Position numbers and translations under genes: made by a program. Shown here in pieces: positions 36,761-47,032 of a DNA stretch of 49,197 bases. The notes beneath the pieces were generated by a model that saw only the letters and a list, made by a program, of their open reading frames with translations, was not told the DNA's origin and searched no databases. Numbering within the stretch: the stretch's first letter is position 1; each line of letters begins with the position of its first letter. Source of the DNA: Candidatus Obscuribacteraceae bacterium (GTDB lineage Bacteria > Cyanobacteriota > Vampirovibrionia > Obscuribacterales > Obscuribacteraceae); assembly GCA_044229845.1 (NCBI GenBank), contig JBGASG010000017.1:1-49197 (forward strand), read 5' to 3'.

Positions 36761-39700
36761 ATGGAACGGGAAATTCCTCAAAGTTTGCAGTGGGCGCACC
36801 CACTTGTGCAGCGCTGGTTTGTCGACAAGTTCGCCACTGCAACTGAGCCGCAAGAACAGGGCTGGCCGCAGATAGTCGCTGGCAGGGCCACATTGATTGC
36901 CGCGCCTACCGGGTCGGGAAAAACGTTCGCAGCGTTTCTCTCTGCGATCAACGATTTGATTGTCCGAGCAACTGAAGGCACACTAAAAGACGAAACCCGC
37001 GTTCTGTATATTTCGCCTCTCAAAGCACTCAGCAACGACATTCAGAAAAACCTTGATGTGCCGTTGCGCGAGATTCAGCAACGCGCCAGGCAAGAAGGGC
37101 TCGAGCTGCCTGAGATGCGTGCCCAGGTGCGCACCGGCGACACCCTGACGCCCGAGCGCCAGCAGATGTTGCGCAAACCTCCACACATTCTGGTGACGAC
37201 ACCGGAGTCTCTTTACATTCTTTTGACGGCCGCTAAAAGTCGTGAACTGCTGCGCAACGTTGAAACTGTCATCGTCGATGAAATTCATGCTGTCGCCGAC
37301 GACAAGCGCGGCGCACATCTGGCATTGTCGCTCGAGCGCCTGGATGCGCTCACCTATCGCAAGCCGCAGCGCATTGGGCTCTCGGCGACCCAAAAACCGA
37401 TTGAGGCAGTGGCCGGATTTCTTGTCGGCGACACCAAACAGTTGCCCCTGATCGTCAATGTCGGACATAAACGCGAACTCGATCTGGCTGTCGAAGTGCC
37501 GGGCATGCCACTGGGACCGGTGGCATCCAACGAGATGTGGGATGAGATCAGCGACAAGATTGCTCAGCTGGTCAAAGAGCATCGCTCGACGCTTGTCTTC
37601 GTGAACACACGCCGGATGGCTGAGCGCTTCGCGATGGACCTGGGCGAGCGACTGGGTGAAGAAACTGTCGCCGCGCACCACGGCAGCATGTCTCGCAAAC
37701 TGCGCCTGGAGGCGGAGAACCGACTGAAGAACGGCGAGCTATCGGTACTGGTGGCGACCGCTTCGCTGGAGCTGGGCATTGATATCGGTGCCGTCGATCT
37801 GGTTTGCCAGCTCAATTCACCCCGCTCAATTGCCGTAGCATTGCAGCGCATCGGACGTGCCGGTCACTGGCGCGGTGCCATTCCGAAAGGCCGCCTGTTC
37901 GCCACCACTCGCGACGAGCTGGTGGAGATGGCCGCCCTGGCGCGCGCGATCAAATTGGGAGAACTGGATCGCCTGGAGATACCGGAATGTCCGATGGATA
38001 TCCTGGCTCAGCAGATTGTCGCCGCGTGCGCCGCCGATGACTGGAACGAAACCGATCTCTTCACCATGGTGCGGCGTGCCTATCCGTATCGCCATCTCAC
38101 CCTGGAGCAATTCGAGCGCACCGTCGAGATGCTCTCCGACGGCATCGCCGGACGTACCGGTCGCCATGTCGCCTGGCTCTTCCGCGACCAGGTAAATCAG
38201 CGGTTGAAGGCGCGCAGAGGCAGCCGGCTGGCTGCCATCACCAGCGGTGGTGCTATCCCGGAAACTGGTGCTTTTGCCGTAGTGGCAGAACCGGAAGGGC
38301 AGACAATCGGTTCGCTCGACGAAGACTTCGCCGTGGAAAGCAATCGCGGTGACATATTCCTGCTCGGCAATACGTCCTGGCGAATAAAACGCGTCGAGCA
38401 AAGTTCCAGCCGCGTGTTGGTCGAAGATGCGCACGGCGCACCGCCAACGGTGCCGTTCTGGCGCGGCGAAGCCCCGGCCCGCACGCGCGAGTTGTCCGCC
38501 CATGTCGCGGAATTGCGCGCCCGTGTCGACGAACTGCTGCCGGCTGATGCGCCCTTAGTTCTATCCACCGACAACACCGAAAAAATTCAGGACGCCATCG
38601 CCTGGCTGAAATCCGAGTGCCTGGTCGATACCGCCGGCGCCGAGCAGATAGCTGAATACATCTCGCAGGGGCGCGCCGTCTTGAAAGCGGTGCCTACCCA
38701 GAACACAATCGTCGCCGAGCGTTTCTTCGATGAAGGCGGCGGCATGCAGCTGGTCATTCATGCCCCATTTGGCGCCAGGATCAACAAGGCCTGGGGACTG
38801 GCACTGCGCAAACGATTCTGCCGCTCCTTCGATCTCGAGCTGCAAGCGGCCGCCACGGACGACGGACTGAATATTGCCCTCGCCGAACGACACAGTTTTC
38901 CGTTGCACGACATATTCCACTGGCTGCACCCGAACACTGTTCGTGAAGTGCTGGAACAGGCAGTCTTGCAGTCCCCGATCTTCGCCAGCCGCTGGAAATG
39001 GGATGCCGGACGGGCGCTGGCGGTGCTGCGTTTCTCCGGCGGCAAAAAAGTGCCGCCGCAATTGCAGCGTATGCGCGCCGAAGATCTCTTAGCGGCGGTG
39101 TTCCCGCAGGCAGCCGCCTGCCAGGACAACATGGATGGTGATGTCCAGATTCCCGACCACCCTTTGATCAATGAAGTCATGAAGGATGCCCTCACTGAGG
39201 CGCTGGACACTGAGGGCTTCAAACAGCTGTTGATCGATATCAATGCGGGCAAGATCAAACTGGTGGCAGTGGATACGCCCGTGCCATCGCAGTTCTCACA
39301 CGAGATTCTCAACGCCAATCCTTATTCCTATTTAGATGATGCGCCCCTGGAAGAGCGACGCGCCCGAGCTGTGCAAATGCGGCGCGTCCTCCCGGATGCG
39401 GTAGTCGACGAAATAGGGCAACTTGACGAAGCGGCCATCGCTCAGGTCGTGGAAGATTCCTGGCCCGATGTGCGGGACGCCGACGAGCTGGCGGATGTTT
39501 TGCAAAACCTGATTGCCACACCGGTGAAGCTGCCTACCCGCCCCGAGTCATCACCGGGCGCACTGTGGTTTTCGCACTTCGAGTCGTTGCGCCAACAGAA
39601 ACGTGCCACCATCGCCACGGCGGGCGGCCGTCAGTTTTTCGTTGCGGCCGAAAAGTTGACGTCCTTCCGAAATCTTTATCCCGAGTCCCAGTTCGCAGAA

Positions 39701-41239
39701 CAACTCGCCGATATCGAACGGCATCCGCTTGCAGAAGATGAAGTTCTGGTGGCAACGTTGCGCGCCTGGATGACACACTTCGGACCGACTACCGTCTCCG
39801 AGCTGGCACTCACACTGGCACTCCCGCCCCATGTAATCGAACGTGGACTGATTCTTCTGGAAGGCAAAGGTATCGTTATTCGCGGACACTTCACCGGTGG
39901 CAAACGCGTGCCGGACGCGGCATCCGCGGCCGACACGGCATCCACGACCGACACCGCATCCACGACCGACACGGCGTCCGCCATAGAATGGTGCGACCGG
40001 CGGCTGCTCTCTCGTATTCACAGGCTGACCATTTGCACTTTGCGCAAACAAATCGAGCCGGTCACAGCCGCTCAGTTCTTGCGCTGGCTGATGCACTGGC
40101 AACACGTGGCACCACATACGCAACTGGCCGGCGAGCGCGGCACCGAAGAAGTTTTGCGACAACTGCAAGGTTTCGAAATGCCGGCAAACGCCTGGGAAGC
40201 CCATATCCTCTCGCGCCGGCTGATCAAATATGACGCCAAAGTGCTGGACAATCTGTGCATGACCGGCTCGGTCGGCTGGGGTCGACTGTCTCCGCACCCT
40301 GCCACCATAGAAGGTGACGCGACCACAGATGCCGCACGACCAGCCAGCGAAAAAACGCCGCGCGCCCAAGATGCGACGCTGCGAGAAGCCGACAGCAAGA
40401 TACGCCGGGTCATCCCCACCAGCGTGGCACCGATCACCTTTTTCGTTCGGGAAGAAGCCGACTGGCTGTCGTCGCTCCACCACGATCAAGTGCCGACACC
40501 TCGCCATCTAAGTTCCGCCGCCCAGCAAGTCTACGAGTATCTGCAGCAACGCGGTGCCAGTTTCTTTCCGGACATCGTCCGCGCCAGCAATCGCCTCAAA
40601 TCCGAAGTGGAGACCGCCCTCTGGGAACTGGTCACCGCCGGATTGGTCACCGCCGACGGTTTCGATAATCTGCGAGCTTTAATAGATCCCAAACGCCGCG
40701 CCGGCACCAGCACCGGGCGCGCTCGCACCGTTCGCCCGCGCAACACCGGCGGCCGCTGGTCATGTCTCTACACCGACGACATCGGCGATCCCACGAAAGC
40801 TCTGGAAGCCACTTGCCGCATGCTCCTCAAACGTTACGGCATCGTCTTCCGCGATCTGCTGGCGCGCGAAACTGTAATACCGCGCTGGCGCGAACTGCTC
40901 AAGGGCTTCCGACGCCTGGAGGCGCGCGGCGAAATTCGCGGCGGACGCTTCATCAGCGGATTTATCGGCGAGCAATTCGGACTGCCGATTGCCGTCGAAT
41001 CGCTGCGGGCGATGCGCAAAGCCGAGCCGCTATCTGATCCGATTTTACTTAGCGCAGCCGACCCGCTCAATCTGATCGGCATTCTCGTACCCGGCGACCG
41101 CGTGCCTTCAGTTTCATCCAGGCACATCATGTTCACCGATGGTGCCACCATCAACTTCGAAGAAGTGGACATCAACAAGCTGCCGGCGCGGGTTGTCTCG
41201 CGCGGGCGCTACGGCGAATTGCCGGATGTGAGTTCCTGA
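36761..41239 (+). CDS. lhr: Lhr-like DEAD/H-box helicase (long form)
   Basis: APTGSGKT, SPLKALSNDI, PPHILVTTPESL, VDEIH, GLSAT, AHHGS, LELGIDIG, QRIGRAGH, and C-terminal LEARGEIRGGRF..GEQF, SAADPLNL. Confidence 0.93.
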   Translation: MEREIPQSLQWAHPLVQRWFVDKFATATEPQEQGWPQIVAGRATLIAAPTGSGKTFAAFLSAINDLIVRATEGTLKDETRVLYISPLKALSNDIQKNLDVPLREIQQRARQEGLELPEMRAQVRTGDTLTPERQQMLRKPPHILVTTPESLYILLTAAKSRELLRNVETVIVDEIHAVADDKRGAHLALSLERLDALTYRKPQRIGLSATQKPIEAVAGFLVGDTKQLPLIVNVGHKRELDLAVEVPGMPLGPVASNEMWDEISDKIAQLVKEHRSTLVFVNTRRMAERFAMDLGERLGEETVAAHHGSMSRKLRLEAENRLKNGELSVLVATASLELGIDIGAVDLVCQLNSPRSIAVALQRIGRAGHWRGAIPKGRLFATTRDELVEMAALARAIKLGELDRLEIPECPMDILAQQIVAACAADDWNETDLFTMVRRAYPYRHLTLEQFERTVEMLSDGIAGRTGRHVAWLFRDQVNQRLKARRGSRLAAITSGGAIPETGAFAVVAEPEGQTIGSLDEDFAVESNRGDIFLLGNTSWRIKRVEQSSSRVLVEDAHGAPPTVPFWRGEAPARTRELSAHVAELRARVDELLPADAPLVLSTDNTEKIQDAIAWLKSECLVDTAGAEQIAEYISQGRAVLKAVPTQNTIVAERFFDEGGGMQLVIHAPFGARINKAWGLALRKRFCRSFDLELQAAATDDGLNIALAERHSFPLHDIFHWLHPNTVREVLEQAVLQSPIFASRWKWDAGRALAVLRFSGGKKVPPQLQRMRAEDLLAAVFPQAAACQDNMDGDVQIPDHPLINEVMKDALTEALDTEGFKQLLIDINAGKIKLVAVDTPVPSQFSHEILNANPYSYLDDAPLEERRARAVQMRRVLPDAVVDEIGQLDEAAIAQVVEDSWPDVRDADELADVLQNLIATPVKLPTRPESSPGALWFSHFESLRQQKRATIATAGGRQFFVAAEKLTSFRNLYPESQFAEQLADIERHPLAEDEVLVATLRAWMTHFGPTTVSELALTLALPPHVIERGLILLEGKGIVIRGHFTGGKRVPDAASAADTASTTDTASTTDTASAIEWCDRRLLSRIHRLTICTLRKQIEPVTAAQFLRWLMHWQHVAPHTQLAGERGTEEVLRQLQGFEMPANAWEAHILSRRLIKYDAKVLDNLCMTGSVGWGRLSPHPATIEGDATTDAARPASEKTPRAQDATLREADSKIRRVIPTSVAPITFFVREEADWLSSLHHDQVPTPRHLSSAAQQVYEYLQQRGASFFPDIVRASNRLKSEVETALWELVTAGLVTADGFDNLRALIDPKRRAGTSTGRARTVRPRNTGGRWSCLYTDDIGDPTKALEATCRMLLKRYGIVFRDLLARETVIPRWRELLKGFRRLEARGEIRGGRFISGFIGEQFGLPIAVESLRAMRKAEPLSDPILLSAADPLNLIGILVPGDRVPSVSSRHIMFTDGATINFEEVDINKLPARVVSRGRYGELPDVSS
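39914..39985 (+). repeat. 18-bp tandem repeat, about 4 units (DTASTT-like), within lhr
   Basis: GACACGGCATCCACGACC-like units. Confidence 0.85.
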
Positions 41240-41262
41240 GCACCAGCAGCCAGAAAAGAGCA

Positions 41263-41739
41263 CTAGCAGCCAGGCAGAAACTGCGCGCACAATGCTGCAT
41301 CTTCAGCGATTTGCTTGAGCGCACGATTGCGTTCATGGAGAAACCGCCGCAGATAATGCTGCAAGTAAACAGCATCAACTATCCGACCGACAACTGAAAA
41401 TGGGCTTTCGAAGTCGAAACAGTCCTTGACCAGCGTCACGGTGCCGCGTTCCTCAAAAAAGTGATCGTGGTCGAAGCGCTTGAAAAAACCCGAGACCATC
41501 GAGTCTCGAAAGTGATGCGGTCGATCGAAAGCCACAATCCGCGAGGTCAGGTGCTGCGTCCAGACGTGTTTCGCCTGCCAGGTAACCGTGTCATTCAGAT
41601 TCATCAACCCGGTCATGACTCCGGCGACCACGTGCTCCCCGGTGTCCCGAGTGCTAAACAAGTGAGCATCGACACTGCGCGACAGATCGAAACAAACGTC
41701 GATCGGAGCACTTATCTCTGTCTCAAGTTTGATGATCAT
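41263..41739 (-). CDS. SRPBCC-family protein
   Basis: I.APID.CFDLSRSVD.H, VTW.A.H, F.D.MVSG.FKRF.HDH.F. Confidence 0.88.
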   Translation of the reverse strand: MIIKLETEISAPIDVCFDLSRSVDAHLFSTRDTGEHVVAGVMTGLMNLNDTVTWQAKHVWTQHLTSRIVAFDRPHHFRDSMVSGFFKRFDHDHFFEERGTVTLVKDCFDFESPFSVVGRIVDAVYLQHYLRRFLHERNRALKQIAEDAALCAQFLPGC

Positions 41740-41763
41740 GCATGATCAATGGTCATCAGCGAA

Positions 41764-43271
41764 CTATTTGGCGATGTGGCAAAACTGCACTGCGTTCTTG
41801 TTCAGCAGCTCCGCGCGGCTGAGTGCCGCCTCAGCAGAGCCCAGAAGCATGCGTAAGTCTTTGCAATCATCGGGAATGGTGGCAATGCCCATGCACACAG
41901 AGAGCTGAGCGGAGCCTCCCATCTTCTCGTCGAGCGGAGCGCGAGTCAGCTGTTTCATCACGCGTTCTGTAAACTTTACGGCACCCTCCGACTTGGTGTT
42001 CGGCAGTATTGCCGCGATGTCGAACATTTCATAGTGCGCCAGATAGTCTACGTCCCGCTTCACATGCGAGATGCGGCGCACGGCTTCGCCGAGCATGATC
42101 GGGGGCAGGGGCTGGTGCGTGCCATCACTGGTGGTTTCGCTGGCACGAATTTGAATCAGCACAACCGACATCGGCTTATTGTTTCGATAGTGGCGCAGGA
42201 ATTCCTGCTCCAGGAAATAGAGAAACGCGGGGTACGTGAGAAGCCCCGTTTCCGGGCGCTTGAGCGCGGTCATGACACTGCGGATGGCACCACGATCGAT
42301 GGACTTCGGACGCACGGCCCGATCGGCGGGAGGGTTTTGCACCTTCACGAAACCGCACTTGATCATGCGCACAAGCAGAGGCACCCATTGGCTGCGCAGA
42401 AGTCCCATGACGTTGATGACTTCAGTGACCGTGCGTTTATTGTCGATAGCCAGGTAGAACTGCTTCTGAAAGGTCATGTCATAAGACAGATATGAGCCGC
42501 TCTCCGCCGCCGCCGAGATAGATTCGAACTCGGCCTCGGCCAGATCGCGGCGCGCGCAGACGAGCACCGAGTTAGGCATGACGCCGTTGTTTTCCAGAAA
42601 ACGCTGCTTGTCAGCGAGCAAAACGCCCTTGAGCAAAAGTTTCTCGATGTTCTGATGGACAGTTTTGCGGTCCGAACGCACATCGGGATCGAAGCGGAAG
42701 TGCCCTTCCACCCACGTGCACAAAACCATGACGCACTCGCCGCCATACGCTTCCCGGCAACGTGCATGCAAGAGCTTGCCGTCGGCAAAGAAGACTTCAG
42801 CTTCGTCTCCCGGTGCTTTGATTGTTAGTCGTCCGGTCGCGCCCGCCATATGAATCGAATTGAATAGATTGCAGGCCAGCGTTTCGGAAAGCTCGCCCTC
42901 GAAATGCGACGTGCCCGGTGGGCGCGTCGGAGGTTTCCCCGGCACGAAGGCGGCACCTTCAATGGGCGCCTGGTACGTCGCCGGCATTTTGTACACCTGG
43001 TTGTACAAATCGGTGGACTTGATAATCTTGCCTTCTCGACCTTGCCGTCGACCGACTGCGACAGGCGCCATTCCGGTTCGCCGCCCCGCTGGTTCGAGCG
43101 CACAGACAGTTGAAACTCAACTCGCTTGTCCGGCGTAACCCAGAGCGCCTCTACCGTGGTCGGACTTTCGAAAGCCTGCGCCAGGAACTGGTCGACTTCC
43201 GCCAGTCCAGGGGTGTTCGAGAGCCGTATAGACATCGCCGGTTTAGCCATCTCGGCGGACTTATCAGACAT
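41764..43271 (-). pseudogene. DUF4388 plus degenerate GGDEF protein, frameshifted near 43030
   Basis: The N-terminal frame (ATG 43271, ..PEWRLSQSVDGKVEK) and the C-terminal frame (GKIIKSTD..FEGELSE..TGRLTI..F.DG.L.HA..W.EG.F.F; ETGLLTYPAF; AHYEMFD) overlap in different frames. Confidence 0.7.
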
Positions 43272-43463
43272 TACTTCTTCTCTATGATTACGCCGGAGCT
43301 CCCTCGCCATATACCCGGAAGCGCTGAACCGTAAAACAGACCTGCTTTTCAGCGGAAATCGGCGGTTTTGCCACGGACTCCCGGTGGAACGTAGAATTAG
43401 CGGGCATTCCTTCCTTCACAGCCGCGTTCCTTCCTTTCTCCCCGAGGCGACCGGGCGACCGTA

Positions 43464-44918
43464 ATGGCTCGAATTCTGCTGGTAGATGACGATACGCACC
43501 TCTCCAATTCCGTCCGCGACTGGCTCGTGATGGGAAGAAACGAGGTCGATCTGGCGTCCGAGGGCATCTCCGGCTACCAGCAATTGACCTCGAACCCGTA
43601 CCACCTGGCGATTATCGACTCGGACATGCCAGGAATGAGCGGCGCCGAGTTGGTCCAGCGCTTCCGCCAGGCGGGAGGGCGCACACCCATCCTGCTGCTG
43701 ACGGCAAGAAACGCTGAAGAGTACCGCCTGCCCGGCCAGAATATCGGCGCCGATGACTATTTGAGCAAGCCCTTCAATGTTCATGAGCTGGGCGCCCGCC
43801 TGCGCTCGCTGCTCAGCCACGCCGCACCGGCTCCCGCGCAATCCGCACCGGCTCCCGCACAATCCGCACCAGCTCCCGCACAATCCGCACCAGCTCCCGC
43901 ACAATCCGCACCGGCTGCCGCGCCGACACCCACCTCACAAACACCGCTCCCACCGCACCCGCAATCCACAGAACCGACGCGCGCCTGCACCACCTGCGGC
44001 CGCAAGTACGGAGCCGCAGTGGAACGCTGCACCGCCGACGGTTCCAATACTGTTTCTATTTCGGACGCCGAACTTGTAGGAGTAATGCTCAGCGACCGTT
44101 ATCAGGTCGAGGAGATGCTCGGCCTCGGCGCCTGGAGCGAGGTGTACAAAGGTCGCGATACAACAAGTGGGACACCAGTCGCTATCAAAATTCTGCATAA
44201 GCACATGGCACAAGATCCGATCAAGATCGAACGCTTTCGCCGTGAAGCGGCAACCTTAGCCAAAATAAAACATGACTGTTTGGCAGGCATCATCGACCAG
44301 GGCGCACGCAGCGGACGCCCCTACATCATCATGGAATACGTCATCGGGATGGGTCTGGACCGCATGCTAAGCCAACACGGTCGCCTCACGGTCAATCAAT
44401 GCTACGAAATCATTAGTTCCGTATGTGGTGCGCTCACCGCAGCCCACGATGCTGGACTAATTCACCGCGACCTGAAGCCCAGCAACATCTTCATCGTTAA
44501 TCGCGGTGGCATGCTGGGCGCAAAACTGCTCGACTTTGGCTTGGCAAAAGTCATCCTCACCGACGAGGACGGCTCCGCCACCCTCACCCAGAACGGCGAA
44601 GTGCTCGGCACCCCTGCCTACATGAGCCCCGAACAATGCATGGGTCATCAACTCGACAGACGCTCCGATCTTTATTCACTGGGCTGCATCCTCTATGAAA
44701 TTCTGACTGGCAAGAAACCTATCCAAGCCAAGAACGCTTACCAAGCCATGTCGGGACACATAACACGGATGCCGGATCCATTCGCGGTCGCCTGCCCGGA
44801 ACTGAGCATTTCGGCTCAGGTAGAACAGGTGGCATTCTGTTTGCTGTCAAAAGATCCTGACGACAGGTACGAAAGCGCAGAAACGTTTCTTTCCGAATTC
44901 AAAAATGCAATTCGCTAG
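43464..44918 (+). CDS. Receiver domain fused to a Hanks-type Ser/Thr kinase
   Basis: RILLVDDD..IIDSDMP..LTAR..DDYLSKPF; CTTC..C; GLGAWSEVYKG, VAIK, HRDLKPSN, DFGLAK, GTPAYMSPEQ. Confidence 0.93.
   Translation: MARILLVDDDTHLSNSVRDWLVMGRNEVDLASEGISGYQQLTSNPYHLAIIDSDMPGMSGAELVQRFRQAGGRTPILLLTARNAEEYRLPGQNIGADDYLSKPFNVHELGARLRSLLSHAAPAPAQSAPAPAQSAPAPAQSAPAPAQSAPAAAPTPTSQTPLPPHPQSTEPTRACTTCGRKYGAAVERCTADGSNTVSISDAELVGVMLSDRYQVEEMLGLGAWSEVYKGRDTTSGTPVAIKILHKHMAQDPIKIERFRREAATLAKIKHDCLAGIIDQGARSGRPYIIMEYVIGMGLDRMLSQHGRLTVNQCYEIISSVCGALTAAHDAGLIHRDLKPSNIFIVNRGGMLGAKLLDFGLAKVILTDEDGSATLTQNGEVLGTPAYMSPEQCMGHQLDRRSDLYSLGCILYEILTGKKPIQAKNAYQAMSGHITRMPDPFAVACPELSISAQVEQVAFCLLSKDPDDRYESAETFLSEFKNAIR
43824..43922 (+). 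repeat. 21-bp tandem repeat, about 4.7 units (APAPAQS linker)
   Basis: GCACC(G/A)GCTCCCGC(A/G)CAATCC units. Confidence 0.95.
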
Positions 44919-45178
44919 TGCCATAGTGCCTGGTACCGCATTTGATACCAGTTTCGGCTCGCCCGCCGCGTCAACGAGATTAAAGCAAGCAGGTTAGCCA
45001 CCACTAATTAGTCGCAATCTGTGAACAATCGATTCGATAACGAGTAATTTTCAGCAATAAATATTTCCGCAGGCAGGGTTGGCAAGTAGCTATCTGAATC
45101 CTGCCGTCCGCTTCGACGGATGGCAACAAATCGCGCATGTCAAGCAGTGAGGCGTCCCGAAAGCCACTGCCCGCCTAA

Positions 45179-45233
45179 AAACTAAAGAGATATCAATTCA
45201 GCTTCCACAGCTCAAGTGATATCTCTTCAGTTT
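45179..45233. repeat. Inverted doublet of two degenerate palindrome copies
   Basis: AACTAAAGAGATATCAATTCAGCT (45180-45203) and AGCTCAAGTGATATCTCTTCAGTT (45209-45232); the 25-bp arms are complementary at 22/25 around a TCCAC spacer. Confidence 0.8.
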
Positions 45234-45571
45234 CGGGAGGCGTAGAGATGGATATCGCCCGCTTTGCCAAGTGGTGGCATTTGTCCGATAACAATATTCC
45301 GTTAATGGTGGCACATCTAGTTGCACTATTGATGGCACTGCGGTCAATGTCAAGCGCGTCGAGATTCACGCCCGGTGCCCGTTTTGCGGCTAGTGAAATA
45401 GTTTCTATATTTGCTTTTAGATTAAGACGTTTGCTGGCGGTGTAGACATTCTTGAAATCCGCCAACTATGATGACAAGGCACATCAAATGGAAACTGACG
45501 TTTGTCTCGTCTAATGACAGTTTCGAGTTCTCAAGCCTATATTGTCAGGGTCGCTATAAGGAGCTGTTAAG

Positions 45572-47032
45572 TTGCTTTTCAACAGTCTTCAGTACTTGGT
45601 TTTTCTGCCGACGGTGTTTGTGCTGTTCTGGCTGATACCGCATAAGTTTCGCGTGCCACTATTGCTGGTGGCGAGCTATGTGTTCTACATGTCGTGGCGG
45701 CCGATCTACGGCTTGCTAATCTTTGGCTTGACGCTGGGCAACTTCTTGCTCGTGCCGTTCATTGCGAAAGCGGCCAAAGAGCACCACAAGAAGTGGTGGC
45801 TGGCGCTGGTTGTCGCCGCCAACATCGTCACGCTCGGCATATTCAAGTACGCCTACTTCGCAGTCGACACAGTCAAGGGTGGACTCAATCTCTTCGGTGT
45901 CGATTGGCGGGAACCGCACCTGCACATCATCTTGCCGTTGGGCATCTCGTTCTTCGTGTTCGAGTTCATTCACTACGCCATCGAAGTGTATCGCGGCAAG
46001 CCCACAGTCAAGAATTTCATTGACTTCTCACTGTTCGCCTCCTTCTTTCCGACACAGATCGCCGGACCGATTAAGCGCTATCAGGACTTCATTCCACAGC
46101 TCAGCATTCCCGCCAAGTTCAAGTGGGAGTATATCGATGAAGGCATGCAGCTCATCTTGATGGGTCTGACCAAGAAAGTGATTATTGCCGACAACCTGGC
46201 GCTCGTCGTGCAAGCTGGATTCAGCCACCCCGAGAAGTTTTCGTCTCTCGATATGTGGCTGATCACGTACGCGTTTGCTTTCCAGATTTTCTTTGATTTC
46301 GCCGGCTATACCGATGTCGCACGCGGCTCCGCGCTGCTCTTCGGCTATAAGGTACCGATCAACTTCAACCTGCCCTATCTGGCGTCCAACGTATCCGATT
46401 TCTGGCATCGCTGGCACATCAGCCTTTCCACCTGGTTGCGTGACTACCTATATATTCCGCTGGGCGGATCCAAAGGTGTCACCAAATGGTTCAACTACCG
46501 CAACCTCTTTATCACCATGGTGCTGGGCGGACTCTGGCACGGCGCAGCCATGCACTTCGCCTTCTGGGGCATCTATCAGGGAGTCCTGCTGATCGCTCAC
46601 CGTGAATATGTGAACCTGCTGGAGAAGGTCGGTGTCTACGAAAAGCTCAAGGCATCGAAGCTCTATCACTGGGCCTCGGTGGTTGTGACGTTCCACCTGG
46701 TCTGCATCGGTTGGGTGCTCTTCCGCGCCGATACCGAACAGATTGCGATGCAAGTCTGCACCAAGCTGGCGCAAGCGCCGGCGGCGTTGCTCAGCTTCAG
46801 CTCCTCGCAATTGCAAGTGTTGCAGATTCGCGATCCGATCATCTTCCCGGCATTGCTCGTGATTTTGCCGCTCCTGATGATTTCGCATCTGGTCGTCAAC
46901 TGGCTCAACGATAAGCAGTTCTACAAGCGTCCGCCATGGGCCGTGCAAGTAGGCGTCATGGTGGCAATGATGTGCCTGCTTACGATCTTCAGCCCCGACA
47001 ATTCACCCAGATTCATCTACTTCCAGTTCTAA
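45572..47032 (+). CDS. MBOAT O-acyltransferase (AlgI/PatA/DltB-like)
   Basis: MLFNS..YL.FLP, LPLGISFF.F, SFFP..IAGPI.R, DFAGYTD.A.G, FW.RWHISLSTWLRDYLYIPLGG, GLWHGA, FIYFQF. Confidence 0.95.
   Translation: MLFNSLQYLVFLPTVFVLFWLIPHKFRVPLLLVASYVFYMSWRPIYGLLIFGLTLGNFLLVPFIAKAAKEHHKKWWLALVVAANIVTLGIFKYAYFAVDTVKGGLNLFGVDWREPHLHIILPLGISFFVFEFIHYAIEVYRGKPTVKNFIDFSLFASFFPTQIAGPIKRYQDFIPQLSIPAKFKWEYIDEGMQLILMGLTKKVIIADNLALVVQAGFSHPEKFSSLDMWLITYAFAFQIFFDFAGYTDVARGSALLFGYKVPINFNLPYLASNVSDFWHRWHISLSTWLRDYLYIPLGGSKGVTKWFNYRNLFITMVLGGLWHGAAMHFAFWGIYQGVLLIAHREYVNLLEKVGVYEKLKASKLYHWASVVVTFHLVCIGWVLFRADTEQIAMQVCTKLAQAPAALLSFSSSQLQVLQIRDPIIFPALLVILPLLMISHLVVNWLNDKQFYKRPPWAVQVGVMVAMMCLLTIFSPDNSPRFIYFQF

Noticed and set aside
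45491..45524. GAAACTG..CAGTTTC inverted repeat as another palindrome copy
   Set aside because: The spacer is 20 bp rather than 14 and lacks the GATATC centre.
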